From positions 1-63,789 of the forward strand of contig DASWID010000136.1 of the NCBI GenBank assembly GCA_036397855.1: a stretch of DNA of 63,789 bases, given 5' to 3'. Below the pieces are notes generated by a model that saw only the letters and a list, made by a program, of their open reading frames with translations, was not told the origin of the DNA and made no database searches. This stretch comes from Thermodesulfobacteriota bacterium (GTDB lineage Bacteria > Desulfobacterota_D > UBA1144 > Nemesobacterales > CSP1-2). The position numbers and the translations under genes were made by a program. Positions 52,258-61,751 of the stretch are shown piece after piece (position 1 is the first letter of the stretch; each line of letters starts with the position of its first letter).

Positions 52258-52532
52258 TATATCTTATTCTATTCTTAGAATTTATTTTAATCTATAAAAT
52301 TTCAAAAAACGAGATAATTGATTAAACATAGGAGAGATAAGAGACAAAGGCTATTAATATGTAAAGGAAGATATCAGTTATTACTGAGGGGTGCTATTCG
52401 ATAAGTAGCTAATTACTCTTGGTATCACTTGCTTAGTAACCATGAACCCCTCGCGATTTCATTATCACTGACCCCCACCGATTTGGGTTATTGTGAGCAA
52501 GTGCATAGGCATATGATATCGTTTATCACTTC

Positions 52533-53960
52533 TTACCCTTTTTCGACTTTGACCTTTTTGGGTCGATAGACATGGGTGCTTTGACCGAAAAATACTTCGG
52601 CGGATTCCATAATTGTCTCTGAAAGGGTCGGATGAGGGTGTATGGTCAACTTAAGATCTGCCACATTTGCTCCCATTTCTATGGCTAACACCCCCTCTGC
52701 GATCAATTCCCCCGCTCCTGTTCCGACAATACCTACTCCCAGGATCCGTTCAGTTTCCGGGTCTATTATCAGCTTGGTCACCCCATCGTTTCGATCCAGG
52801 GTCGTTGCCCTTCCGGAAGCTCCCCAAGGGAAACGCGCAATTTTGACCGGACGATTTTCCATTTTCGCGTCTGTCTCAGTCAAACCACACCATGATATTT
52901 CGGGGTCTGTAAATACTACCGCGGGTATTGCAGTGGGTTCAAAGGCGACGTTGTGTCCCGCAATCACCCCTGCTGCTACCCTACCCTCATGCGTTGCCTT
53001 GTGTGCCAGCATCGGCTCGCCCGCAACATCCCCTATCGCAAATATCGTTGGTTCCGAAGTCCTCCTCTGCTCATCAACCTCGATGAAGCCTTTGGAATCG
53101 GTTTTCACCCGGGTATTTTCCAGACCGAGATTCTCAGAATTGGGCCTTCTCCCCACCGAGACCAGAACCTTTTCAAATATCTGTTCGCTGCTTTTAACGT
53201 TGGAGCCCTCAAGTTTAACCCTAATTCCCGATTTCTCTTCATTCATACCGACCACTTTGGTATCCAGCATGACGGAGTCAAAAATCTTCTCCAACCTCTT
53301 CGAGAGGACCAAGACAAGATCCCGGTCAACGCCAGGCATTAAACCTGAAGTCATTTCCACAACAGAGACTTTGGTGCCAAGCGCTGCGTAGACGGTTCCA
53401 AGTTCGAGCCCTATATAGCCTCCTCCCACTACGAGCATATTCTTGGGAACATCAGGCAAATCCAAACCACTTGTCGAATCGAGTAAGCGAGGAGAATCGA
53501 TTGAAAGATTTGGAAGATTGGCAGGGCGAGAACCGGTAGCTATGATTACGTTTTCAAAGCTTAATAATTCGCTTCCTTTTTTATTTTGTATCTCAAGAGT
53601 TTTCTTATCTGAGAATTTAGCACGACCCTGTATATAGTCGATCCTCCGATGCTTTGATAGCTGACCCAGCCCACCTGTCATCTTTTGAACCACGTTATCT
53701 TTCCAATTACGAAGCTTATCGATATCAATGACAGGGTCGGAAAAGCTGATCCCCCAGTTTGACGCCTCCTTAGCTTCAGTTATGACTCTTGCAGCATGTA
53801 GCAGTGCCTTAGAAGGTATGCACCCGCGGTAAAGACATACTCCTCCCGGATTAGCTTCATTGTCAATTAAAGTCACCTGCAATCCAAGATCGGCAGCCAG
53901 GAAAGCGGCAGGATAACCACCTGGTCCACCACCTATAACGGCAACTTGTGTTGATTTCAT
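52533..53960 (-). CDS. lpdA: dihydrolipoyl dehydrogenase (E3)
   Basis: GGGPGGY and the redox-active GGVCLYRGCIPSK motif. Start at MKSTQVAVIGGG preferred, because the upstream 15 codons lie in REP-like sequence. Confidence 0.9.
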   Translation of the reverse strand: MKSTQVAVIGGGPGGYPAAFLAADLGLQVTLIDNEANPGGVCLYRGCIPSKALLHAARVITEAKEASNWGISFSDPVIDIDKLRNWKDNVVQKMTGGLGQLSKHRRIDYIQGRAKFSDKKTLEIQNKKGSELLSFENVIIATGSRPANLPNLSIDSPRLLDSTSGLDLPDVPKNMLVVGGGYIGLELGTVYAALGTKVSVVEMTSGLMPGVDRDLVLVLSKRLEKIFDSVMLDTKVVGMNEEKSGIRVKLEGSNVKSSEQIFEKVLVSVGRRPNSENLGLENTRVKTDSKGFIEVDEQRRTSEPTIFAIGDVAGEPMLAHKATHEGRVAAGVIAGHNVAFEPTAIPAVVFTDPEISWCGLTETDAKMENRPVKIARFPWGASGRATTLDRNDGVTKLIIDPETERILGVGIVGTGAGELIAEGVLAIEMGANVADLKLTIHPHPTLSETIMESAEVFFGQSTHVYRPKKVKVEKG

Positions 53961-54109
53961 TTCTCTACTCATCACTTCAATTTGAAAAGATAAAATTGAA
54001 GCCACAGATTAGCACGAATTTTCACTAATTGACATAAATCCAATTATTTAATTTAAGATAATTATGCTTTATATAAGTAATTTTCGTGTGTATATGTGGC
54101 TGAATAAAT

Positions 54110-55495
54110 TCATCCTTCAAGCACAAGCTTGAAAGGCTCCTCCAAGGCTTCGACAATCCACCGCAAGAATCGAACTGCATCTGCGCCATCTATAATTCGG
54201 TGATCGTATGATAGTGAAAGCGGCAACATCAGCCGGGGCTCGAAATTATCGTTTATGAAGACAGGCTCGATGTTGGAGCGCGATACCCCAAGTAGGGCGA
54301 CATCCGGTGCATATATAACCGGTGTAAAATAAGTACCCCCGAGGCCGCCAAGATTGCTAATGGTGAAAGTCCCTCCCTGCAATTCTTCGACCGTGATTTT
54401 TTTATTCCTCGCTTTTTCGGACAATTGCGTAAGCTCTGAGGAAATTCCAATCAAATTCTTCTTATCCACATTCTTTATGATGGGTGCTAGAAGGCCTCTG
54501 TCGGTGTCTACTGCGACGGCGATGTTATAATATTTTTTGTAGATTACCTCGCTGTTTGTCATATCTACGCTGGCGTTGAATTGAGGGAAGATCTTAAGCG
54601 CAGAGCCGACTACCTTGATTAAAATAGCGGTCATAGTCAGTTTCCCACCAGCATCTTCTGCTTTCCTGCCAAAGAGTTTTCTTGTTTTCTCTAACTCTGT
54701 AATATCGGCCTTGTCATGCTGGGTCACATGAGGAGCCTGCCAGGCAGAAGTCATGCGCTCTGCTGTTAGTCGTCTTACCTTGGACATCGGCTTCCGCTCT
54801 ATTTCTCCCCATTTTGTAAAATCAGGTAAAGATATATCTGCTTTTCCCACTTGAATTTCTTCTGGACCAGTCTTTGAAATCTCTTTGCTTGCATAATTTT
54901 TTACATCTTCTTCCGAAATCCGGCCCCCCGCACCTGAACCCACAATCTGATTGATATCCACCCCGATCTCACGAGCCAATCTGCGAACCGAGGGTGAGGC
55001 CGGGACGAGTTTTCTTGGAGCCTCTTTCTCGACACCTGCTTGAGACGATCGAGCAAATTCTACGACTTTGCCTTCTTCCTTCGAGGCTGCTTCTTCTTCG
55101 TATTCTTTTTCTTCGATCTCTGTCTCGTCTTTTCCTTTTGGTTCAGCTTCAGTTTTTACTACCGCAATCTTCTTTTTAGCTTCAATCTTTTCTTCGGCTG
55201 ATACTTCTACTACTTCCTGAATCGCTTCTTTAACTTCGGGCGCTTCTTTTTCTTCTTCCGATTCATCTATAGTAACCAATAATTGTCCTATATTTATCGT
55301 TTCTCCCTCGTTTACGTGCACTCCAGTTATAACACCACTTACAGGTGCCGGAACCTCAATCGCCGCCTTATCTGTTTCAATTTCCATAATGGGCTGGTCT
55401 TTCGAGACTCTATCACCGACAGAGACATAAACGTTTATGACGTCTCCTGTCGCTATATCTTCGCCCAGCTCAGGCAATCTGAATTCAGTCACCAT
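54110..55495 (-). CDS. aceF: dihydrolipoyllysine-residue acetyltransferase (E2)
   Basis: One lipoyl domain (IETDKA), a PSVRRLAREIGVD subunit-binding domain and the catalytic DHRIIDGA motif. Confidence 0.9.
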   Translation of the reverse strand: MVTEFRLPELGEDIATGDVINVYVSVGDRVSKDQPIMEIETDKAAIEVPAPVSGVITGVHVNEGETINIGQLLVTIDESEEEKEAPEVKEAIQEVVEVSAEEKIEAKKKIAVVKTEAEPKGKDETEIEEKEYEEEAASKEEGKVVEFARSSQAGVEKEAPRKLVPASPSVRRLAREIGVDINQIVGSGAGGRISEEDVKNYASKEISKTGPEEIQVGKADISLPDFTKWGEIERKPMSKVRRLTAERMTSAWQAPHVTQHDKADITELEKTRKLFGRKAEDAGGKLTMTAILIKVVGSALKIFPQFNASVDMTNSEVIYKKYYNIAVAVDTDRGLLAPIIKNVDKKNLIGISSELTQLSEKARNKKITVEELQGGTFTISNLGGLGGTYFTPVIYAPDVALLGVSRSNIEPVFINDNFEPRLMLPLSLSYDHRIIDGADAVRFLRWIVEALEEPFKLVLEG

Positions 55496-55510
55496 AGGTC
55501 ATCGTCACTA

Positions 55511-58195
55511 TCAAGAAATCATTGGATTTAGTTTGTTTGGCTCGATTTCAAGGTCCTTTATAGCATTTTCAACTATATCAGTATTGATTTTTTTCTCTCT
55601 CGCGAGTGCAGCAAGAGTCGCCAAAGTTATAAACCTAGAATCGACTTCAAAAAAGTCACGCAGGGCAGATCGACTACCGCTTCTGCCAAAGCCGTCTGTT
55701 CCCAGTGAGACAAGGGGTCGTGGAAGCCATTGAGAGGTAGAATCTGGAAGAGCCTTCACATAATCGGTAGCAGCAACGAAAACACCGGGTGCGTCGCCAA
55801 GGCATTGAGTAATGTACGGTATTTTGTTTATCTCCGACGGATGCAACATGTTCCATCTCTCAACATCTAGGCCATCTCTATAGAGTTCCTTATAACTGGT
55901 CACACTCCAAACATCAGCGGCTACTCCATACCTTTCTTCCAGAATCTTCTGGGCCTTAAGGGATTCATTCAGGATTGACCCGCTTCCAAGTATCTGGGCG
56001 TGGTGCTTAGCTTCTTTGTTTTCAGATGCCTTAACCTTGTACATTCCCTTCAAAATACCCTCCTTTACCCCTTTGGGCATGGGTGGCTGAAGATAGGGTT
56101 CATTCATTACGGTCAGATAATAGAATATGTCCTGCTGCTCTTCATACATACGACGGATACCGTCCCTTATGATTACGGCTATCTCGTAAGCAAATGCTGG
56201 ATCGTAGGTCTTTAAGTTTGGGACAGAATACGCTAAGAGGTGGCTATGACCATCCTGGTGCTGCAACCCTTCGCCGGCCAGTGTTGTGCGACCGGAGGTT
56301 CCGCCAATCAAAAATCCGCGGCACCTCATGTCACCGGCAGCCCACATAAGATCGCCAATTCTTTGAAAACCAAACATGGAATAAAAAACGAAGAAAGGTA
56401 TCATGTTTATACCGTGAGTGGCATATGCGGTGCCTGCTGCAATAAATGAGGACATTGAACCAGCCTCCGTAATACCCTCTTCGAGAATCTGCCCATCGAG
56501 GGCCTCCTTATAATAGAGAAGGGTATCCTTATCAACAGGCTCATAGAGTTGTCCAACATGAGAGTAAATGCCAACTTGGCGAAATAGAGATTCCATCCCA
56601 AAAGTACGAGCCTCATCCGGGATAATAGGAACTATCAGTTTCCCAATCTGTTCATCTTTAAGCAACTTAGAAAGCATTCTTACGAATGCCATAGTCGTTG
56701 CAACACCTCTATCACCGGATCCCTTATGAAATTCTTCAAAAAGCTTTTCAGAAGGGGTCTTGAGAGGCTCGCAGTTAACCGACCTATCAGGTATATATCC
56801 GCCGAGTTCCTTCCGCCTTTCATGAAGATATTTGATTTCGGGACTATCATCGAGAGGCTTATAGAATGGCGCTTTGGAAACTTCTTCATCAGAGATAGGA
56901 ATACCAAAACGAGTTCGAAATTCCCTAAGCTCTTCCTCATTTAATTTCTTTTGTTGATGAGTTATATTCCGACCCTCACCGCTCTCGCCAAGTCCATAAC
57001 CCTTAATTGTTTTAGCCAAGATCACAGTTGGTGAGCCTGTATTATCTATCGCGGCCTTAAAGGCGGCATACACCTTTTCGGGATCATGCCCCCCTCGCCT
57101 AAGTTTTTGGAGTTGTTCATCGGACAGGTTTTTCACCAACTCCAAAAGCCGAGGGTCAGTACCAAAAAAGTGATCACGAATGTATTTTCCCGATTCAACT
57201 ATATACTTTTGATAATCACCGTCCACAGCTTCTTCCATGCGATTCACCAGAACGCCGTCGTGATCTTTCGCTAGCAGCGGATCCCAGTCACTTCCCCATA
57301 TCACCTTAATTACGTTCCAGCCTGCTCCTCTGAAGATCATCTCAAGTTCCTGTATTATTTTGCCATTGCCGCGAACGGGGCCATCCAATCTTTGCAAATT
57401 GCAATTTATTACGAAAATCAGATTATCCAATTTCTCCCTTGCTGCTAAGGTAATTGCACCGAGGGATTCGGGTTCATCGGTTTCTCCATCTCCCATCAAA
57501 CACCACACTTTTGCGTCTGATGGCTTTTTTAGCCCGCGATCCTCAAGATAACGGTTAAACCTCGCCTGATAGATCGCCATAATCGGACTCAGTCCCATAG
57601 AGACTGTAGGGAATTGCCAGAAGTTTGGCATTAACCACGGATGGGGATAGGATGACAATCCACCCCCTGGTTTTAACTCCCTTCGAAAATTTTCCAATTG
57701 TTCAATTGAAAGACGCCCCTCAAGAAATGCTCTGGCATAAATCCCGGGAGATGCATGGCCCTGAAAATAAATAATGTCCCCTTCGTGTTCTTCGCTCTTG
57801 GCTCGAAAGAAATGATTGAAACCTATTTCAAAAAGTGTTGCCGTAGACGCATAAGTCGAAATATGTCCACCAATCCCCTCTTCTATTCTGTTAGCCCTAA
57901 CAACCATAGCCATGGCATTCCAGCGAATCAGACTCTTAATTCGCCGTTCTATTTCACGACTACCTGGAAATGGGGGTTGCTTATCCGCGGGTATTGTGTT
58001 TATATAGGGTGTGTTCGCGGCGTATGGGGCATCGATTCCTGCTTTCTTTGCATGGATGTGTAGTTGCTTGATCAGGCGTTTAACCCTCTCGGGTGTACGT
58101 GTCCTTATAACATGCTCAAGTGAATCAATCCACTCTTGTGTCTCGATGGCTTCATCCTGAGAAATTTCTTTATCTTTTTCTACAAATCGGCTCAT
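55511..58195 (-). CDS. aceE: pyruvate dehydrogenase E1 component, homodimeric type
   Basis: 894-aa AceE-type E1 with a ThDP-binding GDGE..NLQRLDG region. Confidence 0.95.
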   Translation of the reverse strand: MSRFVEKDKEISQDEAIETQEWIDSLEHVIRTRTPERVKRLIKQLHIHAKKAGIDAPYAANTPYINTIPADKQPPFPGSREIERRIKSLIRWNAMAMVVRANRIEEGIGGHISTYASTATLFEIGFNHFFRAKSEEHEGDIIYFQGHASPGIYARAFLEGRLSIEQLENFRRELKPGGGLSSYPHPWLMPNFWQFPTVSMGLSPIMAIYQARFNRYLEDRGLKKPSDAKVWCLMGDGETDEPESLGAITLAAREKLDNLIFVINCNLQRLDGPVRGNGKIIQELEMIFRGAGWNVIKVIWGSDWDPLLAKDHDGVLVNRMEEAVDGDYQKYIVESGKYIRDHFFGTDPRLLELVKNLSDEQLQKLRRGGHDPEKVYAAFKAAIDNTGSPTVILAKTIKGYGLGESGEGRNITHQQKKLNEEELREFRTRFGIPISDEEVSKAPFYKPLDDSPEIKYLHERRKELGGYIPDRSVNCEPLKTPSEKLFEEFHKGSGDRGVATTMAFVRMLSKLLKDEQIGKLIVPIIPDEARTFGMESLFRQVGIYSHVGQLYEPVDKDTLLYYKEALDGQILEEGITEAGSMSSFIAAGTAYATHGINMIPFFVFYSMFGFQRIGDLMWAAGDMRCRGFLIGGTSGRTTLAGEGLQHQDGHSHLLAYSVPNLKTYDPAFAYEIAVIIRDGIRRMYEEQQDIFYYLTVMNEPYLQPPMPKGVKEGILKGMYKVKASENKEAKHHAQILGSGSILNESLKAQKILEERYGVAADVWSVTSYKELYRDGLDVERWNMLHPSEINKIPYITQCLGDAPGVFVAATDYVKALPDSTSQWLPRPLVSLGTDGFGRSGSRSALRDFFEVDSRFITLATLAALAREKKINTDIVENAIKDLEIEPNKLNPMIS

Positions 58196-58363
58196 TTTAC
58201 TGCTTTTTTATAAATTAATATAAAAATCCTAAACCGTAACCACGACTATTATCTTAAGTGATCAGTATATTTATTCAATTTTATCCTATTATACCTATTC
58301 CGGAATGTAAATAAAAAAGTGGATAATTGACCATCAATAATCCATAGCTATAATACTAGGGCC

Positions 58364-59800
58364 ATGGAAAAATATAATTTAGCGGTGATAGGATCGGGGC
58401 CGGGAGGTTATATTGCAGCGATTCGAGCGGCACAATTGGGGATGAAGGTCGCTGTCATTGAAAGGGATAAGCCGGGCGGAGTTTGTCTTAACTGGGGATG
58501 CATTCCATCAAAAGCAATCCTCAAGTCCGCCGAGATATATGAGTATTTTAAGAGATCGGACTCCTATGGAATCAACGTCAAGGGGCTTTCCTTTGATTAC
58601 GCGAAAGTAATCGACAGGAGCCGAAAAGCTTCATCCACTTTATCTAAAGGTGTGGAGTTTCTCCTAAAGAAAAACGGAATCGCCCACCTGCAGGGTACGG
58701 GTAAGTTAATCACGAGAAACAAAATAGGAATCATAGGAAACAAAAACCAGAATGAGATCGAGGCTGAGAACGTGCTGATAGCTACAGGTTCTGTGCCTAA
58801 GACACTCCCTGGGCTTGAAATAGATGGAAAGCTCGTGATCACCAGCGATGAAGCGATCATGTCAAAGAATTTTCCCGACTCAATTGCTATCATAGGAGGA
58901 GGTTATATAGGAGCAGAATTCGCTTATGTATATAATTCATTTGGGAGCAGGGTTACAATTGTTGAGATGGAGAGCCATCTACTTCCCGGCGCAGACTCCG
59001 AAGTAGCTTCGGAGCTTGAGAGGGTATTCAAGAAATCCGGTATTACGGTGTTAACAAACACAAAATATAATGCTTGCAAACAGTTAAACGGCTCACTTAA
59101 TATAATTGTTGAGAATATGTCAAATAAAGAGTTAAAGGAGATCGAAGCTTCAAAACTACTGGTAGCTGTCGGTCGGAAGGCTGTGGCTAATACCGCCCCG
59201 ACATCGTTGAGCTATTATAAAGGCTCAGATGATCTAGGGCTCAAAGATTTGAATATAGAGCTTAATGAACAAGGATTCATTAAAACCGATGGTTCTTATA
59301 GAACGACCTGCAGCAATGTGTACGCAATTGGTGATGTAATAGGACCACCCCTCCTCGCTCATAAGGCTTCAGAAGAGGGAATAACCGCAGTTGAACTGAT
59401 CTCCGGCAAAAAGGGAACCAGGGTGCATTATGACAGGATACCAAGCTGTGTTTACTGTCAGCCAGAAATAGCATCCGTCGGCATTACTGAGGATGCAGCC
59501 AAGGCGAAAGGGTTGAAGATTAAAATTGGTAAGTTTCCATTCAGGGCTTCAGGAAAAGCAGTTGCAACTGGTGAAACCGATGGTTTTGTTAAGATAATAT
59601 CAGATTCCGTCACGGGTGAAATCCTAGGTACGCATATTATTGGTCATGGAGCAACAGAGCTCATTGCGGAAATCGGAGTTTCACAAACGTTGGAGGCGAC
59701 TCCTCTGGAGATTGCATTAACACCACACGCCCATCCCACTCTGTCAGAGGCAGTGATGGAGGCCGCTTTATCAGCATTAGGGCGGGCGAGGAACATGTAA
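58364..59800 (+). CDS. lpd: second dihydrolipoyl dehydrogenase
   Basis: GSGPGGY, GGVCLNWGCIPSK and a C-terminal HAHPTLSE. Confidence 0.9.
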   Translation: MEKYNLAVIGSGPGGYIAAIRAAQLGMKVAVIERDKPGGVCLNWGCIPSKAILKSAEIYEYFKRSDSYGINVKGLSFDYAKVIDRSRKASSTLSKGVEFLLKKNGIAHLQGTGKLITRNKIGIIGNKNQNEIEAENVLIATGSVPKTLPGLEIDGKLVITSDEAIMSKNFPDSIAIIGGGYIGAEFAYVYNSFGSRVTIVEMESHLLPGADSEVASELERVFKKSGITVLTNTKYNACKQLNGSLNIIVENMSNKELKEIEASKLLVAVGRKAVANTAPTSLSYYKGSDDLGLKDLNIELNEQGFIKTDGSYRTTCSNVYAIGDVIGPPLLAHKASEEGITAVELISGKKGTRVHYDRIPSCVYCQPEIASVGITEDAAKAKGLKIKIGKFPFRASGKAVATGETDGFVKIISDSVTGEILGTHIIGHGATELIAEIGVSQTLEATPLEIALTPHAHPTLSEAVMEAALSALGRARNM

Positions 59801-59801
59801 G

Positions 59802-59878
59802 GATGCACGATTCAAGATGCAAGATACAGGATGCATGATCCAGGATGCAGGATACACGATGCACGATGCAGGATGACG
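59802..59878 (+). repeat. eleven tandem heptamers, consensus GATGCAN
   Basis: gatgcac gattcaa gatgcaa gatacag gatgcat gatccag gatgcag gatacac gatgcac gatgcag gatgacg. They fill the lpd-lipB spacer exactly. Confidence 0.95.
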
Positions 59879-59879
59879 T

Positions 59880-60557
59880 ATGAGCGTTCTTACCGTTTAT
59901 AATCTAGGCAGGGTCGATTATAAAAAGGCCCTAGAACTCCAACTATCACTTCTCAACAAAATAAAGCATGATGAGGTTGGGGATAATCTTTTACTGTTAG
60001 AGCATCCTCCGACCTTTACAATGGGAAGAAGAGGCAAACCGGAACATCTCCTGAAGAATCAAGAGGAATTGAAGAATAAAGGTATCCATTTTGAAATTGT
60101 GGGCAGAGGTGGCGACATCACATATCATGGACCTGGACAATTAGTCGGGTACCCGATTCTGGATCTGAGCAGTCATAGATGTGGCATTCATCTCTTTTTG
60201 AGAAACATAGAAGAAGTAATCATCAATGCGCTGAGCGATTTTGATATTACTGGTGAAAGAAAAAGGGATTATACCGGCGTTTGGGTCAGGGACGAAAAGA
60301 TAGCATCAATCGGTGTTGGGGTAAAGAAATGGACAACATATCATGGATTTGCTCTGAACGTGAATACGGAATTGTCTTATTTCGATATGATAGTACCTTG
60401 CGGAATTCCAGGTATTAAAATGACATCGATAAAAGAGCTGTCAGGTAATAAAATGGATATCGATATGTCCGAAGTTAAGGATAGCATAATCGAAGCCTTT
60501 TCACGGGTTTTCAAGATGAATCCTCGCGTATCAAAAAATAATTCTTTTCCACTCTAA
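59880..60557 (+). CDS. lipB: lipoyl(octanoyl) transferase
   Basis: RGGDITYHGPGQLVGYP and a conserved CG..G region. Confidence 0.9.
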   Translation: MSVLTVYNLGRVDYKKALELQLSLLNKIKHDEVGDNLLLLEHPPTFTMGRRGKPEHLLKNQEELKNKGIHFEIVGRGGDITYHGPGQLVGYPILDLSSHRCGIHLFLRNIEEVIINALSDFDITGERKRDYTGVWVRDEKIASIGVGVKKWTTYHGFALNVNTELSYFDMIVPCGIPGIKMTSIKELSGNKMDIDMSEVKDSIIEAFSRVFKMNPRVSKNNSFPL

Positions 60558-60575
60558 GTGGATTGAAAAGATAGT

Positions 60576-60593
60576 CGGGACTTTCCAGTCCCG
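60576..60593 (+). terminator. stem-loop after lipB (no clear U-tract)
   Basis: cgggact-ttcc-agtcccg. Same GGACT..AGTCC core as the palindromes in the esterase inverted repeats. Confidence 0.3.
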
Positions 60594-60635
60594 CGTAAAT
60601 CTTACAACCTTGATAAGTAAATCGTTCACCTTAGA

Positions 60636-61751
60636 ATGATTTCCATGAGAACCTGTGCTGTTACTTCAGTCATATTTTTATGCTTTATGTTATTTCCAGG
60701 GGATCTTTTTTCTTTCCCTGACAAAATCCAAGTACCAGAAGGATTTATGATTGAAGAATTTGCCACCGGTCTCGGCAGGCCGAGATTTATGGCATTCAGT
60801 CCAGACGGTGTTCTTTTTACAACTATCATAAGAGAAGGGGAAGTCGTCGGTCTTCCTGATAAAGATAAAGACGGTAAATCGGATAAAAAGATTACATTTT
60901 TAAAAGGACTAAATAGTCCGCATGGCATAGCCTTTTACAAGGGTTACCTCTATATTGGTGAGACCTATCAGATTGTACGCTATGAGTATAAGGGCATTAA
61001 TTCCAAACCGGGTAAGGAAGAAATAATTGTTCCAGACCTCCCTACTGGCGGGCACTTTACAAGGACAGTTAACTTTGGTCCGGATGGGAAGATGTACGTA
61101 TCCATAGGCTCGTCCTGCAATATATGTGAAGAGAAAGACAGAAGACGAGCAGCAATTCTACAACTCAATCCCGATGGAAGTGATGGGAAGGTATTTGCAA
61201 AGGGTTTGAGAAACTCAGTGGGTCTGACCTGGGATCCGGTCAAGGGGGAAATGTGGGCGAGCGACAACGGAAGAGACTGGTTAGGGGATAATTTACCACC
61301 AGATGAGATAAACAGGGTTAACGAAGGAAAAGATTATGGATGGCCATATTGTTATGGAGACAGGATTCCCGATCCTAAATTTAATGACGGCCGTAGATGC
61401 AGAAATACCGTCGCTCCAATAGTTGAATTACAGGCCCACTCTGCTCCTCTAGGACTGACCTTTTATGATGGCGATCTATTTCCTGAAGAATTCAAGGGAG
61501 ACCTATTTGTCGCATATCACGGCTCCTGGAATAGGTCAGTTCCAACTGGATATAAACTTGTGCGGATCCGGATTAAAGACGGTAAACCTGAGGCAATTGA
61601 AGACTTCGCAACAGGCTGGCTCCAGGGAACTAAGGTTTTGGGTAGGCCGGTTGACGTGTTGGTGGGACAAGATGGGTCTCTATATGTTTCAGATGATAGA
61701 AGAGGGATAATCTATAAGATTACTTATAGAAAAAATAGACGATCAAATTAA
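60636..61751 (+). CDS. PQQ-dependent sugar (sorbosone/glucose) dehydrogenase-family beta-propeller, secreted
   Basis: Signal peptide. Motifs PHGIAF, FGPDGKMYVSIGSSCN, GLRNSVGL and DYGWPYC. Confidence 0.8.
   Translation: MISMRTCAVTSVIFLCFMLFPGDLFSFPDKIQVPEGFMIEEFATGLGRPRFMAFSPDGVLFTTIIREGEVVGLPDKDKDGKSDKKITFLKGLNSPHGIAFYKGYLYIGETYQIVRYEYKGINSKPGKEEIIVPDLPTGGHFTRTVNFGPDGKMYVSIGSSCNICEEKDRRRAAILQLNPDGSDGKVFAKGLRNSVGLTWDPVKGEMWASDNGRDWLGDNLPPDEINRVNEGKDYGWPYCYGDRIPDPKFNDGRRCRNTVAPIVELQAHSAPLGLTFYDGDLFPEEFKGDLFVAYHGSWNRSVPTGYKLVRIRIKDGKPEAIEDFATGWLQGTKVLGRPVDVLVGQDGSLYVSDDRRGIIYKITYRKNRRSN

Noticed and set aside
52642-53391. Long antisense ORFs in the track. Examples: 52642-53391, 8350-8997, 22543-23064, 21076-21558, 18380-18838, 10245-10613.
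   Set aside because: Each lies wholly opposite a strongly supported housekeeping gene (lpd, ahcY, ftsH, folP, glmM, metK). Their translations are low-complexity and Ser/Pro/Leu-rich. They are shadow ORFs.
53961-54005. N-terminal extension of lpdA (MASILSFQIEVMSRE).
   Set aside because: These codons lie in a REP-like sequence (gaagccacagattagcacgaattttcac). The Rossmann motif GGGPGGY normally sits a few residues from the N-terminus, so the start at MKSTQ is preferred.
59802-59878. Heptamer array read as a CRISPR array or as a coding repeat (minus-strand ORF 59661-59864).
   Set aside because: The units are 7 nt with no spacers, so it is not CRISPR. The minus-strand ORF is a periodic translation artefact (SCILD/SCILH) that overlaps the lpd 3' end.
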